From Mycoplasmoides genitalium G37 (GTDB taxonomy: Bacteria > Bacillota_I > Bacilli_A > Mycoplasmatales > Mycoplasmoidaceae), in assembly GCF_000027325.1 (NCBI RefSeq), contig NC_000908.2, positions 180,001-212,000 of the forward strand: DNA of 32,000 nucleotides. The letters run 5' to 3'. Below are positions 19,611-31,443 of the stretch, piece by piece; the stretch's first letter is position 1; each line of letters opens with the position of its first letter. The notes under the pieces were generated by a model. The model had not been told where the DNA came from. It searched no databases and saw only the letters and a program-made list of their open reading frames with translations. Made by a program: the position numbers and the translations under genes.

Positions 19611-21037
19611 TGCAAACTGTTTCTTCACCCAAACAAAAACTTAACTTTGGTCAAAGGTTACTAACTCTATTACAGAACCGTGACTTTATGGTGTCGCTGG
19701 TTTTAACAGTGGTACTTTTAATCTTGTTTAGGGTGTTAGCAATTATCCCCTTACCAGGGATTAGGATTAATGAGAGTGTCTTGGATAGAAATTCCAATGA
19801 CTTTTTTTCACTTTTTAACTTACTTGGGGGTGGGGGATTAAACCAGCTATCGTTGTTTGCAGTTGGGATCAGTCCTTATATCTCAGCCCAAATCATCATG
19901 CAACTGCTTTCAACTGATCTAATTCCTCCACTTTCAAAGCTAGTTAACAGTGGGGAAGTGGGGCGAAGAAAGATTGAGATGATCACAAGAATTATCACCT
20001 TACCCTTTGCTTTAGTGCAAGCATTTGCTGTGATCCAAATTGCTACTAATGCAGGCACTGGTTCAAGTCCGATTAGTTTAGCTAATAGTGGCAGTGAGTT
20101 TATTGCTTTTTATATTATTGCTATGACTGCAGGGACTTATATGGCAGTGTTTTTGGGTGATACTATCTCCAAAAAAGGGGTTGGTAATGGGATTACTTTG
20201 TTAATTCTCTCAGGGATTTTATCCCAACTCCCCCAGGGCTTTATTGCTGCTTACAATGTTTTGAGTGGGATAGTAATTACTCTAACCCCACAGTTAACTG
20301 CAGCAATTAGCTTCTTTATCTATTTCTTAGCATTCTTAGTTTTACTGTTTGCCACTACCTTTATCACCCAAGCGACCAGAAAGATTCCCATCCAACAATC
20401 AGGACAAGGGTTGGTTAGTGAAGTCAAAACCTTACCTTATTTGCCTATTAAGGTGAATGCTGCTGGGGTGATCCCTGTCATCTTTGCATCCAGTATTATG
20501 TCTATCCCTGTGACCATTGCCCAGTTTCAACCCCAAACTGAGTCACGGTGGTTTGTGGAGGATTACCTATCACTTTCAACACCCGTAGGGATCTTTTTAT
20601 ATGCAGTTTTGGTTATCCTTTTTTCCTTTTTTTACAGTTACATCCAGATTAACCCAGAACGGTTAGCTAAGAACTTTGAAAAATCTGGCAGATTTATCCC
20701 AGGGATTCGACCGGGCAATGATACAGAGAAACACATTGCGCGGGTGTTAATAAGGATTAACTTTATAGGTGCTCCTTTTTTAACTGTTATTGCTATTATC
20801 CCTTACATTGTTTCTTATTTCATTAGGTTACCTAACTCCTTGAGTTTAGGGGGGACGGGGATTATTATTATTGTTACTGCTGTAGTTGAATTTATCAGTG
20901 CACTGCGTTCAGCTGCTACTGCTACTAACTACCAACAACTAAGGAGAAACTTAGCAATTGAAGTGCAACAAACAGCTAAACAAGATAGTCTAGAGCAGCT
21001 TCAAAAAGAAGCACCAGGGATTGGTAACCTATGGTAG
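19610..21037 (+). CDS. secY: Protein translocase subunit SecY
   Basis: LPGIRI...[40 protein letters not shown]...[12 protein letters not shown]...[16 protein letters not shown]. Confidence 0.98.
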
Positions 21038-21675
21038 CACAGTTTAATAAGTTCATTATCTTAGGACCCCCAGGGGCAGGAAAAGGTACAGTTTGTAAAC
21101 TGCTTAGCAAAACAACTAAGTTAGTCCATATTGCTAGTGGTGATCTGTTTAGAGAAGCCATTAAAAACCAGAGTGTTATTGGTAGAAAGATTGCAGCAAT
21201 TATCAGTCAGGGTGGTTATGTTGATGATGCCACTACTAACCAGCTTGTTTATGAATATATCACTACCAATCCATTACCAAATGGTTTTATCTTAGATGGT
21301 TATCCAAGAACAGAGAACCAGCTTGATTTTCTAAATATTAAACTAACCATTGACATGGTCTTTGAACTAGTTGTTAGTGATCTGAATAAACTGATTACAC
21401 GGATTGATAACAGGGTTATTTGTAACAACTGTAACAGTGTTTATAACTTGCTTTTTCAAAAACCACTAGTTGAAAATAGTTGTGATCAGTGTTCAGCTAA
21501 ACTAGTGAAAAGGAGTGATGATAACAAAGCAGTGGTCAAAGCAAGAATGGAGTTATATCAACAAACAATTCAACCAATCCACACTTACTTTTTCAACAAA
21601 CAACTTTTAGTACAAATTGATTGCTTTTTACCACTAGAAGAACAACTCAAGACAATCAAACAATTTATTAGATAA
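21031..21675 (+). CDS. adk: Adenylate kinase with Cys4 LID motif
   Basis: [19 protein letters not shown]; [13 protein letters not shown]; CNNCNSVYN...[14 protein letters not shown]. Confidence 0.97.
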
Positions 21676-21677
21676 AG

Positions 21678-22424
21678 ATGATCTATCTCAAATCTGCAAA
21701 TGAAGTTGCAGGGATTAAAAAAGCATGTGCAATCTTCAAAGCAGTTAAGGCATATTTTACAATTGAAAAGTTACTTGGCAAAAAGTTGGTTACCATTGAT
21801 CGTTTAATCAAACAATTCATTGAACAAAAACAAGCTAAATGTGCGTTTCATGGTTATCTAGGTTTCCCTGGTTTTAACTGTCTATCGTTAAACCAAACGG
21901 TTATCCATGGAGTTGCCGATCAAACTGTTTTTAAAGATAGTGATAAACTAACGCTTGACATTGGGATAGACTATCATGGTTATCTTTGTGATGCAGCTTT
22001 CACTTTACTTGGTAATAAAGCTGATCCAAAGGCAGTAAAACTGTTAAATGATGTTGAACAAGCATTTAGTAAGGTAATTGAACCTGAGCTATTTGTTAAC
22101 AATCCGATTGGTAATTTATCCAATGCGATCCAAACTTACTTTGAAAACAAGGGCTATTTTCTTGTCAAAGAGTTTGGGGGTCATGGTTGTGGGATTAAGA
22201 TCCATGAAGATCCTTTAATCTTAAACTGGGGAGAGAAAAACCAGGGCGTTAGGTTACAAGAGGGGATGGTAATCTGTATTGAACCGATGGTTATGACTGA
22301 TAGTAGTGAGATAACAATGGCAGCTAACAACTGGAATGTACTAACTTTAAAGAGTAAGTTTAACTGTCATGTGGAACAGATGTATCACATCACAAACAAC
22401 GGCTTTGAATGTTTAACTAACTAA
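21678..22424 (+). CDS. map: Methionine aminopeptidase, type I
   Basis: [18 protein letters not shown]...[20 protein letters not shown]...[13 protein letters not shown]...VICIEPM. Confidence 0.95.
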   Translation: MIYLKSANEVAGIKKACAIFKAVKAYFTIEKLLGKKLVTIDRLIKQFIEQKQAKCAFHGYLGFPGFNCLSLNQTVIHGVADQTVFKDSDKLTLDIGIDYHGYLCDAAFTLLGNKADPKAVKLLNDVEQAFSKVIEPELFVNNPIGNLSNAIQTYFENKGYFLVKEFGGHGCGIKIHEDPLILNWGEKNQGVRLQEGMVICIEPMVMTDSSEITMAANNWNVLTLKSKFNCHVEQMYHITNNGFECLTN

Positions 22425-22636
22425 TGAAAAACGATAAACTCTTTCTAACAGGTAAGATACTGGAAATTATCCATGGTGATAAGTACCGGGTGATGCTTGA
22501 AAACAATGTTGAGGTTGATGCACATCTAGCAGGTAAAATGAAGATGAAAAGAACCAAGATTCTCCCTGGGGATGTTGTTGAGGTGGAATTTTCTCCCTAT
22601 GATTTGAAACTAGGTAGGATAACCCAAAGAAAATAA
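22424..22636 (+). CDS. infA: Translation initiation factor IF-1
   Basis: GKILEIIHGDKYRVMLENNVEVDAHLAGKMKMKRTKILPGDVVEVEFSPYDLKLGRITQR. Confidence 0.95.
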   Translation: MKNDKLFLTGKILEIIHGDKYRVMLENNVEVDAHLAGKMKMKRTKILPGDVVEVEFSPYDLKLGRITQRK

Positions 22637-22646
22637 TTAAAATATT

Positions 22647-22760
22647 ATGAAGGTTAGAGCAAGCGTAAAACCAATTTGTAAAGATTGTAAGATCATCAAA
22701 CGTCACCGCATCTTAAGGGTGATCTGCAAAACCAAAAAACACAAGCAAAGGCAAGGATAA
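22647..22760 (+). CDS. rpmJ: 50S ribosomal protein L36 (C+ form), 37 aa
   Basis: [40 protein letters not shown] 22647 to TAA 22758-22760. Missing from the ORF track, presumably below its length cutoff. Confidence 0.96.
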   Translation: MKVRASVKPICKDCKIIKRHRILRVICKTKKHKQRQG

Positions 22761-23134
22761 TGGCACGAATCTTAGGGATTGATATCCCCAACCAAAAACG
22801 GATCGAGATAGCTTTAACATACATCTTTGGGATTGGTTTGTCAAGTGCAAAAACAATCTTAAAAAAAGCAAAGATTAACCCTGATAAACGCGTTAAAGAT
22901 CTGAGTGAAGAGGAACTTGTTGCGATTAGAAACGCAGCAAGCGGTTACAAGATTGAGGGTGATTTGAGAAGAGAGATTGCTTTAAACATCAAACACCTAA
23001 CAGAGATCGGTTCTTGAAAAGGGATTAGACACAGAAAAAACCTGCCAGTAAGAGGACAACGCACTAGAACCAACGCAAGAACCAGAAAAGGCCCTAGAAA
23101 AACAGTGGCTAACAAGAAAATTGAAAGTAAGTAA
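22760..23134 (+). CDS. rpsM: 30S ribosomal protein S13
   Basis: [26 protein letters not shown]...[41 protein letters not shown]; in-frame TGA 23015-23017. Confidence 0.97.
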
Positions 23135-23499
23135 TGGCTAAGAAAAAAAAGATTAATGTTCCCAGTGGTTTGATCCATGTCTCCTGTTCACCTAACAATA
23201 CCATAGTATCAGCCACTGATCCCAGTGGTAATGTCTTGTGCTGAGCGAGCAGTGGTACAGTAGGATTCAAAGGTTTTAGAAAGAAAACCCCTTACTCAGC
23301 AGGGGTAGCAGCTGATAAGGTGGCTAAAACTGTGAAAGAGATGGGAATGGGGAGTGTTAAGATGTATCTGAAGGGAACAGGTAGAGGAAAAGACACCACG
23401 ATTAGAAGCTTTGCTAATGCTGGGATTACGATCACAGAAATCAATGAAAAAACCCCTATTCCCCACAATGGCTGCAAGCCTCCTAAGCGTCCGCGCTAA
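23134..23499 (+). CDS. rpsK: 30S ribosomal protein S11
   Basis: [63 protein letters not shown]...GKGRDTTIRSF-like region, TPIPHNGCKPPKRPR. No ORF in the track because of an internal TGA. Confidence 0.96.
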
Positions 23500-23514
23500 T
23501 CAAAACAACAACTT

Positions 23515-24501
23515 ATGGAAAAATTTTTAAAGTACGAAATTAAGGTTAACAACAACCAACCAACCAACACTAACCCTAACTATGGGATCTTTGAAGTAGC
23601 ACCGTTAGAATCAGGATTTGGGATTACCATTGGTAATGCGATGCGCCGAGTGTTACTTAGTTGTATCCCAGGCGCTAGTGTGTTTGCCATTGCCATTAGT
23701 GGGGTAAAACAAGAGTTTAGTAATGTGGAGGGTGTGTTGGAAGATGTGACTGAAATGGTGTTAAACTTCAAGCAACTAGTGGTGAGAATCTCTGATCTTT
23801 TGTTTGAAGATGGGGAGATGATCGAACCACCCTTAGAAAGGTGACCAGTTTTAAAAGTTACTGCTGAAAAAAAGGGTGCAGTATATGCAAAGGATCTTGA
23901 GTGTCCAGCTGGTTTTGAAGTGATTAATAAGGACCTTTATCTCTTCTCTTTACAAAAGGACATGAAACTAACAGTCAGTGTTTATGTTAAACAGGGTAGG
24001 GGCTTTACTAGCTTTCTTGAAAACAGAGAATTGATCAATTCGCTTGGCATTATTGCTACAGATGCTAACTTTTCCCCGGTTTTACACTGTGGTTATGAAG
24101 TTCAAGAGGTGAAAACTTCCAAACAAAAGTTAACTGACCATCTCACCTTTAAGATTGCTACTAACGGTGCAATTAAAGCAGTGGATGCGTTTGCTATGGC
24201 AGCAAAGATCCTAATTGAACACTTAAACCCAATTGTAAGTGTCAATGAGTCAATTAAGAATTTAACAATTATCCAAGAGAAAGCAGAGGAAAGAAAGGTG
24301 AAATCATTTGCCAAGCAAATTGAAGAACTTGACTTTACTGTTAGAACCTTTAACTGTTTGAAAAGAAGTGGGATCCACACACTCCAAGAGTTACTATCAA
24401 AGTCATTAACTGACATTAGAGAGATTAGAAACCTAGGTAAGAAATCAGAACGGGAGATTATCAAAAAGGTGCAAGAGTTAGGTTTAAAATTCCGTTCTTA
24501 A
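23515..24501 (+). CDS. rpoA: DNA-directed RNA polymerase subunit alpha
   Basis: [35 protein letters not shown]...; TGA 23842-23844 as Trp; alpha-[35 protein letters not shown]. 328 aa. Confidence 0.97.
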
Positions 24502-24513
24502 TAAAATAGAGCT

Positions 24514-24885
24514 ATGTCATACATTAATAAAGAGGGGAAAACCACAGCTTGAAGAGTGATGACAGTGCGTCAGCAAGTGAGTGCAGTGTTAAGTTATGGA
24601 AAGATTCAAACCACTTTAAAAAAAGCTAAGAACACCCAAAAAAGGTTAGAGAAGATTATTACCATTGCTAAAGTTGATAACTTTAACAACCGCAGGGCTG
24701 TTAAAAAGTGGTTATTAAATACCAATTCATTAGATGTAGATCAACTCACAAACCACCTTTTTAAAAAAGTAGCACCACGTTTTTTAAAGCGTAATGGTGG
24801 TTATAGTAGAGTGTTAAAGTTGGGAGTTAGAAGGGGTGATAGTACTGAAATGGCGATCTTACAGCTGATAGATGCTACCAACTAA
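24514..24885 (+). CDS. rplQ: 50S ribosomal protein L17
   Basis: MSYINKEGKTTAWRVMTVRQQVSAVLSYGKIQTTLKKAKNTQKRLEKIITIAK...; ATG 24514 restored by reading TGA as Trp. Confidence 0.95.
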
Positions 24886-25684
24886 ACAAGCTGCTTGTAG
24901 TTTTATTAATGTTGCTTTTTCCTATAATGAACTGCCATTAATTAGGGAACTATCTTTTAGTGTTTATGAGGGGGAATATGTTTGTATTGTTGGTCATAAT
25001 GGCAGTGGTAAATCAACCATTTCCAAACTGTTAACAGGGTTATTAAAGCCCCAGGCAGGTGAGATTAAGATCTTTGGTAAAACAGTTGATTTTGATAATG
25101 TTAGTTACTTGAGAAATAACATTGGGATCATCTTTCAAAACCCTGATAACCAGTTTATTGGGATCACTGTTGAAGATGACATTGCCTTTGGGCTTGAAAA
25201 CAAGTGTTTTTCAAGACAGAAGATAAAAGCCATTATTGATGAAGTTACCCTACAAACCCAAACTGATGGGTTTATTAAACAAGAACCCCATAACCTATCA
25301 GGGGGACAAAAACAACGGGTAGCAATTGCATCTGTTTTAGCACTAAATCCTGCTATTATCATCTTTGATGAATCAACTGCGATGTTAGATCCTAAAGCTA
25401 AAAAAACGATTAAGCAGTTTATGGTTAAACTAGCCAAACAGGGCAAGTGTGTGATCTCAATTACCCATGATATGGAAGAAGTTACTAAAGCTGATAAGGT
25501 GTTAGTAATGAATGAGGGCAAACTGATCAAACAAGGTAAACCTGTTGAAGTTTTCACTAGTGAACAAGAGTTACAAAAAATCCGTTTAGACATCCCTTTT
25601 TCACTCAGTCTTTCAACCAAGATAAGAGGGATCACTAGTACAATTGATTACCAAACCCTGATTAAATCAATTGCCAAGCTGTGA
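24872..25684 (+). CDS. ecfA1: ECF transporter ATPase A1 (CbiO family)
   Basis: Walker A GHNGSGKST, Q-loop FQNPDNQF, signature LSGGQKQRVAIA, Walker B IIIFDEST; located after rplQ. Confidence 0.93.
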   Translation: MLPTKQAACSFINVAFSYNELPLIRELSFSVYEGEYVCIVGHNGSGKSTISKLLTGLLKPQAGEIKIFGKTVDFDNVSYLRNNIGIIFQNPDNQFIGITVEDDIAFGLENKCFSRQKIKAIIDEVTLQTQTDGFIKQEPHNLSGGQKQRVAIASVLALNPAIIIFDESTAMLDPKAKKTIKQFMVKLAKQGKCVISITHDMEEVTKADKVLVMNEGKLIKQGKPVEVFTSEQELQKIRLDIPFSLSLSTKIRGITSTIDYQTLIKSIAKL

Positions 25685-26595
25685 AAAAAAAGATAGTCCC
25701 AATTAACCCTTTAAAAGCAGATGAGATTTTAGCAGTTAGTCACTTATCATGTGTTTTTAACAGTAAAACTAACAATCCCATTAAGGTGATTGATGATTTT
25801 TCCTATACCTTTCAAAAGAACCAAATTTACTGTATTATTGGTGATAGTGGCAGTGGTAAATCAACCCTTGTTAACCACTTCAATGGGTTGATAAAACCCA
25901 ACCAAGGTGATATTTGGGTTAAAGATATCTATATTGGTGCTAAACAACGCAAGATTAAGAACTTTAAAAAACTGCGAAAAACTATCTCAATTGTTTTCCA
26001 GTTTCCTGAGTACCAATTGTTTAAAGATACCGTGGAAAAAGACATTATGTTTGGTCCAGTAGCATTAGGTCAATCCAAGTATGATGCGCGCCAAAAAGCG
26101 GCTTATTATCTGGAGATGATGGGGTTAAAATACCCTTTTTTAGAACGTAATCCCTTTGAATTGAGTGGGGGGCAGAAAAGAAGGGTAGCGATTGCTGGTA
26201 TACTTGCAATTGAACCAGAAATTCTAATCTTTGATGAACCAACTGCTGGGCTTGATCCTGAAGGGGAAAGGGAGATGATGCAGTTAATTAAAACTGCCAA
26301 ACAACAACAAAGAACGGTATTTATGATCACCCACCAGATGGAAAATGTCCTTGAGGTGGCTGATGTGGTTTTGGTTTTAGCTAAGGGTAAACTAGTAAAA
26401 GCTGCTAGTCCATATGAAGTGTTTATGGACCAAACTTTCCTTGAAAAAACAACGATTGTTCTCCCCCCTGTGATCCAAGTGATCAAAGATCTAATTGCGA
26501 TTAATGCTCACTTTAATAAGTTAATTGAGTTGCAACCAAAGAACCTAGAACAGCTTGCATCAGCAATTAACAAGACTATAGCAAACCATGGATAA
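25681..26595 (+). CDS. ecfA2: ECF transporter ATPase A2 (CbiO family)
   Basis: Walker A GDSGSGKST, FQFPEYQLF, LSGGQKRRVAIAGILAIEPEILIFDEPTAGLDP. Confidence 0.93.
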   Translation: MKKKIVPINPLKADEILAVSHLSCVFNSKTNNPIKVIDDFSYTFQKNQIYCIIGDSGSGKSTLVNHFNGLIKPNQGDIWVKDIYIGAKQRKIKNFKKLRKTISIVFQFPEYQLFKDTVEKDIMFGPVALGQSKYDARQKAAYYLEMMGLKYPFLERNPFELSGGQKRRVAIAGILAIEPEILIFDEPTAGLDPEGEREMMQLIKTAKQQQRTVFMITHQMENVLEVADVVLVLAKGKLVKAASPYEVFMDQTFLEKTTIVLPPVIQVIKDLIAINAHFNKLIELQPKNLEQLASAINKTIANHG

Positions 26596-27850
26596 CTTTA
26601 TTAATGGCTATATCCCAAGAAACAGCTTTGTTCACAAGCTGCATCCAACTACTAAACTAGTAATCTTTTTACTGTTAGTTATCTTGGTATTTGTACCAAT
26701 TGGCTTTGTTTTTCAAAGTGTTATCTTTCTTTTTGTTACCTTTGTTTTTTTTATTGCTAAACTCCCGGGGCGGTTTTACAGTTCAGCAATTAAGTCAATT
26801 ACGCTGTTATTTCTCTTGTTGTTATTTGTAAACTGGTTTACCTTTCGTGATCCAGGGTTTTATCTTACTAGTGATCAACTTAACAGTTTACCAGCCATTG
26901 ATAACAGCAAGTTTAGCTTTTGAAACATTAGTTTGTTTAACTATCAAGATAATGTTTTTTCCCAGGTTTTTGCTTTTAACAGGGGTAATTTAACCAACTT
27001 AAATCAACTTGATTTTTTCTATAAAGCTAACAATGCTGATAGTTACACCAAAGTAAAGGGCATTGATAGTTTAGCAAGTATGCTAGCAAACAATGGCAAT
27101 GGTTTAAGCAAAGACAAAATTCTGAGTGCTTTTTTAGATCACAATTTAAACCTTTATTTAGCGAGAAGTTGGGGGGCAAATTTTGCTGGGTTTGTTGTTG
27201 ATTTTAACCCAACAACCCAACTCTTTAAACTCACCCCTTTTCTAGCAAATGCTAGTTATGTTTTAACGTTAAGAGCAGTTATCTTAGCATTCTATGTCAC
27301 CCAAAAGATCCTAATTATGATCTTATTTGCAACTGTACTCACTTCCACTTCAAGTTCAGTTGAACTAGCATATGGGATTGAAAGGTTATTATGACCTTTA
27401 AAACTCATTAAAATACCTGTTAATGTCTTTGCAATGACCATTGCCATTGCCATTAGGTTTGTCCCTTCCTTGTTACTAGAATCACAACGGATCTTAAATG
27501 CCCAAGCCTCCAGGGGTTTAGACTTTCGAAATGGGGGATTTTTAGTGAAGATGCGTTCACTCTCTTCGTTAGTAGTGCCAATGGTTTCCATTGCCTTTCG
27601 CAATGCCTCTGAACTTGCTAGTGCAATGGAAGCAAGGGGTTATCACCCTGCAAAGAAGCGCAGTAGTTATAGACAATACAAAATCACTTGGATTGATATT
27701 TTAGCGTTATTTTTGGTTTTTGCTTGGTTTGTTGTGATTATCTTTTTAACTATTAGAGGAGCGGTCTTTTTGGATCTAGGTACACCAGAATGGTTATTAA
27801 CAGGAAAGATTAATGAACAGGTAATCAGGGATCTGAAGGTAAGTGGCTAG
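26588..27850 (+). CDS. ecfT: ECF transporter transmembrane component T with large insert (420 aa)
   Basis: One frame (mod 3 = 2) through TGA 26921-26923 and 27392-27394, merging three track ORFs. HKLHPTTKLVIFLLLVILVF at the N-terminus; LNAQASRGLDF and AMEARGY (the EcfT A-R-G coupling motifs) in the C-terminal half. Confidence 0.92.
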
Positions 27851-28577
27851 GTACTTGGGGATTGTTAGTTATGATGGCAGTTACTTTAAAGGGTGAGCGA
27901 TTCAACCAAACCTAGCTACTATCCAAGGTTTATTGGAGCAAAGTTTTTCATTAATCATTGGCAGAAAGATAAAGGTAATTGGTTCAGGTAGAACTGATAA
28001 AGGGGTACATGCCATCAACCAAACCTTTCATGTTGATATTAATGGTGAAATTAATCTCAATTTGTTAATTAGAAAAATTAACCAGTTGATTAAGCCCCAC
28101 TGTATAGTTAAAACCTTGGTATTGGTTAACGATAGCTTTCATGCGCGGTTTCAAGTTAAAACCAAGGTGTATGAATATCTGATTAACTGTGGGAATTTAA
28201 ATCCGTTGCAATTTAACTATGTTTGGCAGTTAAACCAGCAATTGGATCTTGAAAAACTCAAAGCTGATGCCACTTTATTTTTAGGTAAGAAAAACTTTCT
28301 TAGCTTCAGTAGTTCGATTCACACTGATTCAATTCGCACAATTAGTAAAATTACCATACAAAAAGAAACTAACCAACTAGTTAGACTAACTTTTTTTGGC
28401 AGTGGTTTTCTCAGGAGTCAAGTGAGGATGATAGTTGCTTGTTTAGTGAATTTAAACACTAATAAAATGGCACTTGAAACAGTTGCAAAATTGTTTGAAC
28501 ACCCCAAGAAAGGGAGTTGTGTTGTTAAAGCCCCTAGTTGTGGTTTGTATCTGAAAACAGTGGTATATGAAAAATAG
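27843..28577 (+). CDS. truA: tRNA pseudouridine(38-40) synthase TruA
   Basis: GTG start 27843: VARYLGIVSYDGSYFKGW(TGA)AIQPNLATIQGLLEQ...VIGSGRTDKGVHAINQTFH (catalytic Asp motif GRTDKGVHA). 244 aa, stop 28575-28577. Confidence 0.94.
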
Positions 28578-30390
28578 TTACAAGTGGGATCTATCAGTTT
28601 TATTAAACAACCAAAGCTTACAAGCAAATTTTTTAAAAATTCAAACAGTTAGTGAAGCGTTAATTAAAGCTTATAACAACGGGTTGTGTTTTACAAATAA
28701 AACTAGCTTTGAACAGTTTTTAGCAATCGATGATAAGTTCACTGAACTTGAAAATCGTTACACTAACTACCTTTATAACAAGCAGAATGAAAATAACTTG
28801 GATAAGGAGGTTAATGATGCAATTTTTGCATACCAGAGTTTTAAAAATAACCATAACCTTGCTTTCAGTACACTGCAACAGGAGTTATATAACCATGAAA
28901 AACTCATTAAGGATTATTTAACTGATCCAAAGCTAGCGGTTTACAAGCGCAACTTAATGTTAGTTTTTCGCGATAAACCCCACCAACTATCTAGTCAAAC
29001 CCAGAGTTTATTGAGTCAAATTAACCCTTGTTTTAACCAAGCAGAACGGATTTTTAACATCCTTTCAACTGCTGATTTAAACTTGCAACCTGTTGTTTAT
29101 CAAAACAAAAAATATCCGATTAACAGTGTGAGTGATTATCAGTCCTTACTTGAAAACACTAACAGGGGGATTAGAAAAGCTTGTTATGAGAAGTGGATTG
29201 AAATTTATTGAACTAATAGAAACAGCTTAAGTTTAAGTTTGGTGGAAAATTACATCCAACTAGAGAACTTCGCTAAACTAAAGAACCATCCTAGTTACAT
29301 TGCCCAAACTGCTTTTAATGATGAGATTGAAGTTGGTTTTATTGATTTTGTTTACCAACAAGTAGCTCAGTTTGCCAAAACCTTTCAAGCATTTATTCGC
29401 TTAAAAAAACAGATTTATAAACATGTTTTAAAAGTCAATAAAGTTGAACCATATGATCTTACCCTAACACTTTTTAAAACTAAAAAATCATACACGATTG
29501 AACAAGCTAAACAAGATGCACTAAAAGTTTTAGATCTACTTGGTGACAACTACATCAAGATAGTTAAAAAGGCTTTTAATGAAAACTGGATTGATTGACT
29601 AGCAGATAAAAACAAGTACACAGGGGCATATTCAATCTCCAATGTTAAGGGCTTAGAGCACTTTTTTATCTTAATGAACTTTGATAAAACCAAATCATCA
29701 CTAAATACGTTGGTACATGAACTTGGTCATTCAGTTCACTCTTGGTATGCATCACAACACCAATCCCAAAACATCGATCCTACTATCTTTTATGCTGAGA
29801 TTGCTTCTATTGCCAATGAACTGTTGTTGTGTTATTATGAGCTGCAACTTTATAAAAATAACCACAAGCAGTTAATTGCTAGTTTATTGAGTCAAATCAA
29901 CCATTTTTTTGGCGCTACTACAAGACAAATAATGTTTTCACAATTTGAAAAAGATACGCTTTATTTAATCAGAGTTAACCAGAAACCTGACTTTAAAACT
30001 TTGATTAAAATTTATGCAAATACTGCGGTTAAATACCAAGGTTTTAAACCTGAAGTAGTTGCTAATAAACTAAAAAAGACCCAGTATCAAAAATCATTGT
30101 CACACATCATTGCTATCCCCCATTTTTATGCAGGTAACTTCTATGTTTACAAGTATGCCATTGGCCAAGTTGCAGGTATTTTAGTAGCTAAAAAAATTAA
30201 TAGTGGTGATAAAAAGATGAAAGATAATTACTTTAAATTCCTCAGTTCAGGTTCTAGTTTAGCGCCACTTGAAACCATTAAACTCTTAGGGATTGACCTT
30301 ACTTCACCCCAACCCTGACAAGAAGCACATAACGAAGTAAAGCGTTGGCTTAAAATTGTGAAACAAAGCTTTAAAAAACTCCAAAAATAA
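28567..30390 (+). CDS. pepF: Oligoendopeptidase F, M3 family metallopeptidase
   Basis: Frame mod 3 = 1 continuous through several TGA codons to TAA 30388-30390, merging three track ORFs. Zinc motif LNTLVHELGHSVHSWYAS with downstream EIASIANE; 607 aa. Confidence 0.95.
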
Positions 30391-31344
30391 GTGCACCATT
30401 TTAACCGCGCTAAAAAGGCCAAGAATAACGAGTTTTTTACTTTAATTGATGAGATTGAAAACGAAGTAATTAACTACCAAAAGCAGTTTGCAAATAAAAC
30501 CATTTTTTGTAACTGTAATGATGGTAAAAATTCCCATTTTTTTCAGTTTTTTCAAACTAACTTTAACCAGTTACAACTAAAAAAACTCATTGGGTTTAGT
30601 TTTAATAATCTCTCACAAGCTGACAAGTTCACTTTTGATGGAAATAAAGTAACTAAAACCAAATTAAAGGGTAATGGTGATTTTAGTTCTGATGAATCGA
30701 TTGAAGTGTTAAAACAAGCAGATATAGTTGTAACAAATCCACCCTTTAGTTTGTTTCAAAGTTTCATTGATCTGTTAATACAACACAACAAGCAGTTTCT
30801 GGTTTTAGGGTTAAATGCAGCAGTTAGCTATAACCATATTTTTACCTACTTTAAAACTAACAAGTTGTGGTTTGGCTATACCGTTAATAAAACAATGAGT
30901 TTTTCAGTTAACAGTGACTATCAACTTTATAACCCCAAAACTAGTAACTTTTTTACAAAAAATGGCAAGTGTTTCCAAAAGATAGCAGGTATCTCTTGGT
31001 TTACTAATTTAGGAAAACCACATTATAACCCCTTTTTAAATACCAACTGTTTTTATAAAAACAACGAAAAAAACTATCCCAAGTTTGATTGGTATGATGC
31101 TATTTATGTCAACAAGATTAAAAACATCCCTATGGATTGAAATGGATTGATGGGAGTTCCTTTAACCTTTTTAAACTGTTACAACCCCAAGCAGTTTGAA
31201 TTAGTTGATTGTCTTGCTAACCCTTATGCTACCTTAGATACATTAAAAACAAATGCCTTTGTGAAATTAAATCAGGGTGATGTGAGAAATGTTAATGGTA
31301 AAAGAAGGTATGTAAGGGTAATAATTAAAAAACAACAAATTTAG
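30391..31344 (+). CDS. Adenine-specific DNA methyltransferase, EcoRI-methylase-like (MG184-like)
   Basis: GTG start immediately after the pepF stop; amino-MTase motif IV NPPF in QADIVVTNPPFSLFQSFIDLL; TGA 31138-31140 as Trp joins the two ORFs; 317 aa. Confidence 0.88.
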
Positions 31345-31443
31345 TTTTTTCAACATTTAACAACTCTGTTTTTACAAAAGTTAGCTTAATTTTGCTAAAT
31401 TGTTTTTTGATAGCACACTGCTGTCAACGAACCATGTTGATAA

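Noticed and set aside
26588-30390. Split ORFs in ecfT, truA and pepF looking like frameshifted pseudogenes
   Set aside because: The fragments are in the same frame and separated only by TGA codons at Trp-like positions; under code 4 they are intact.
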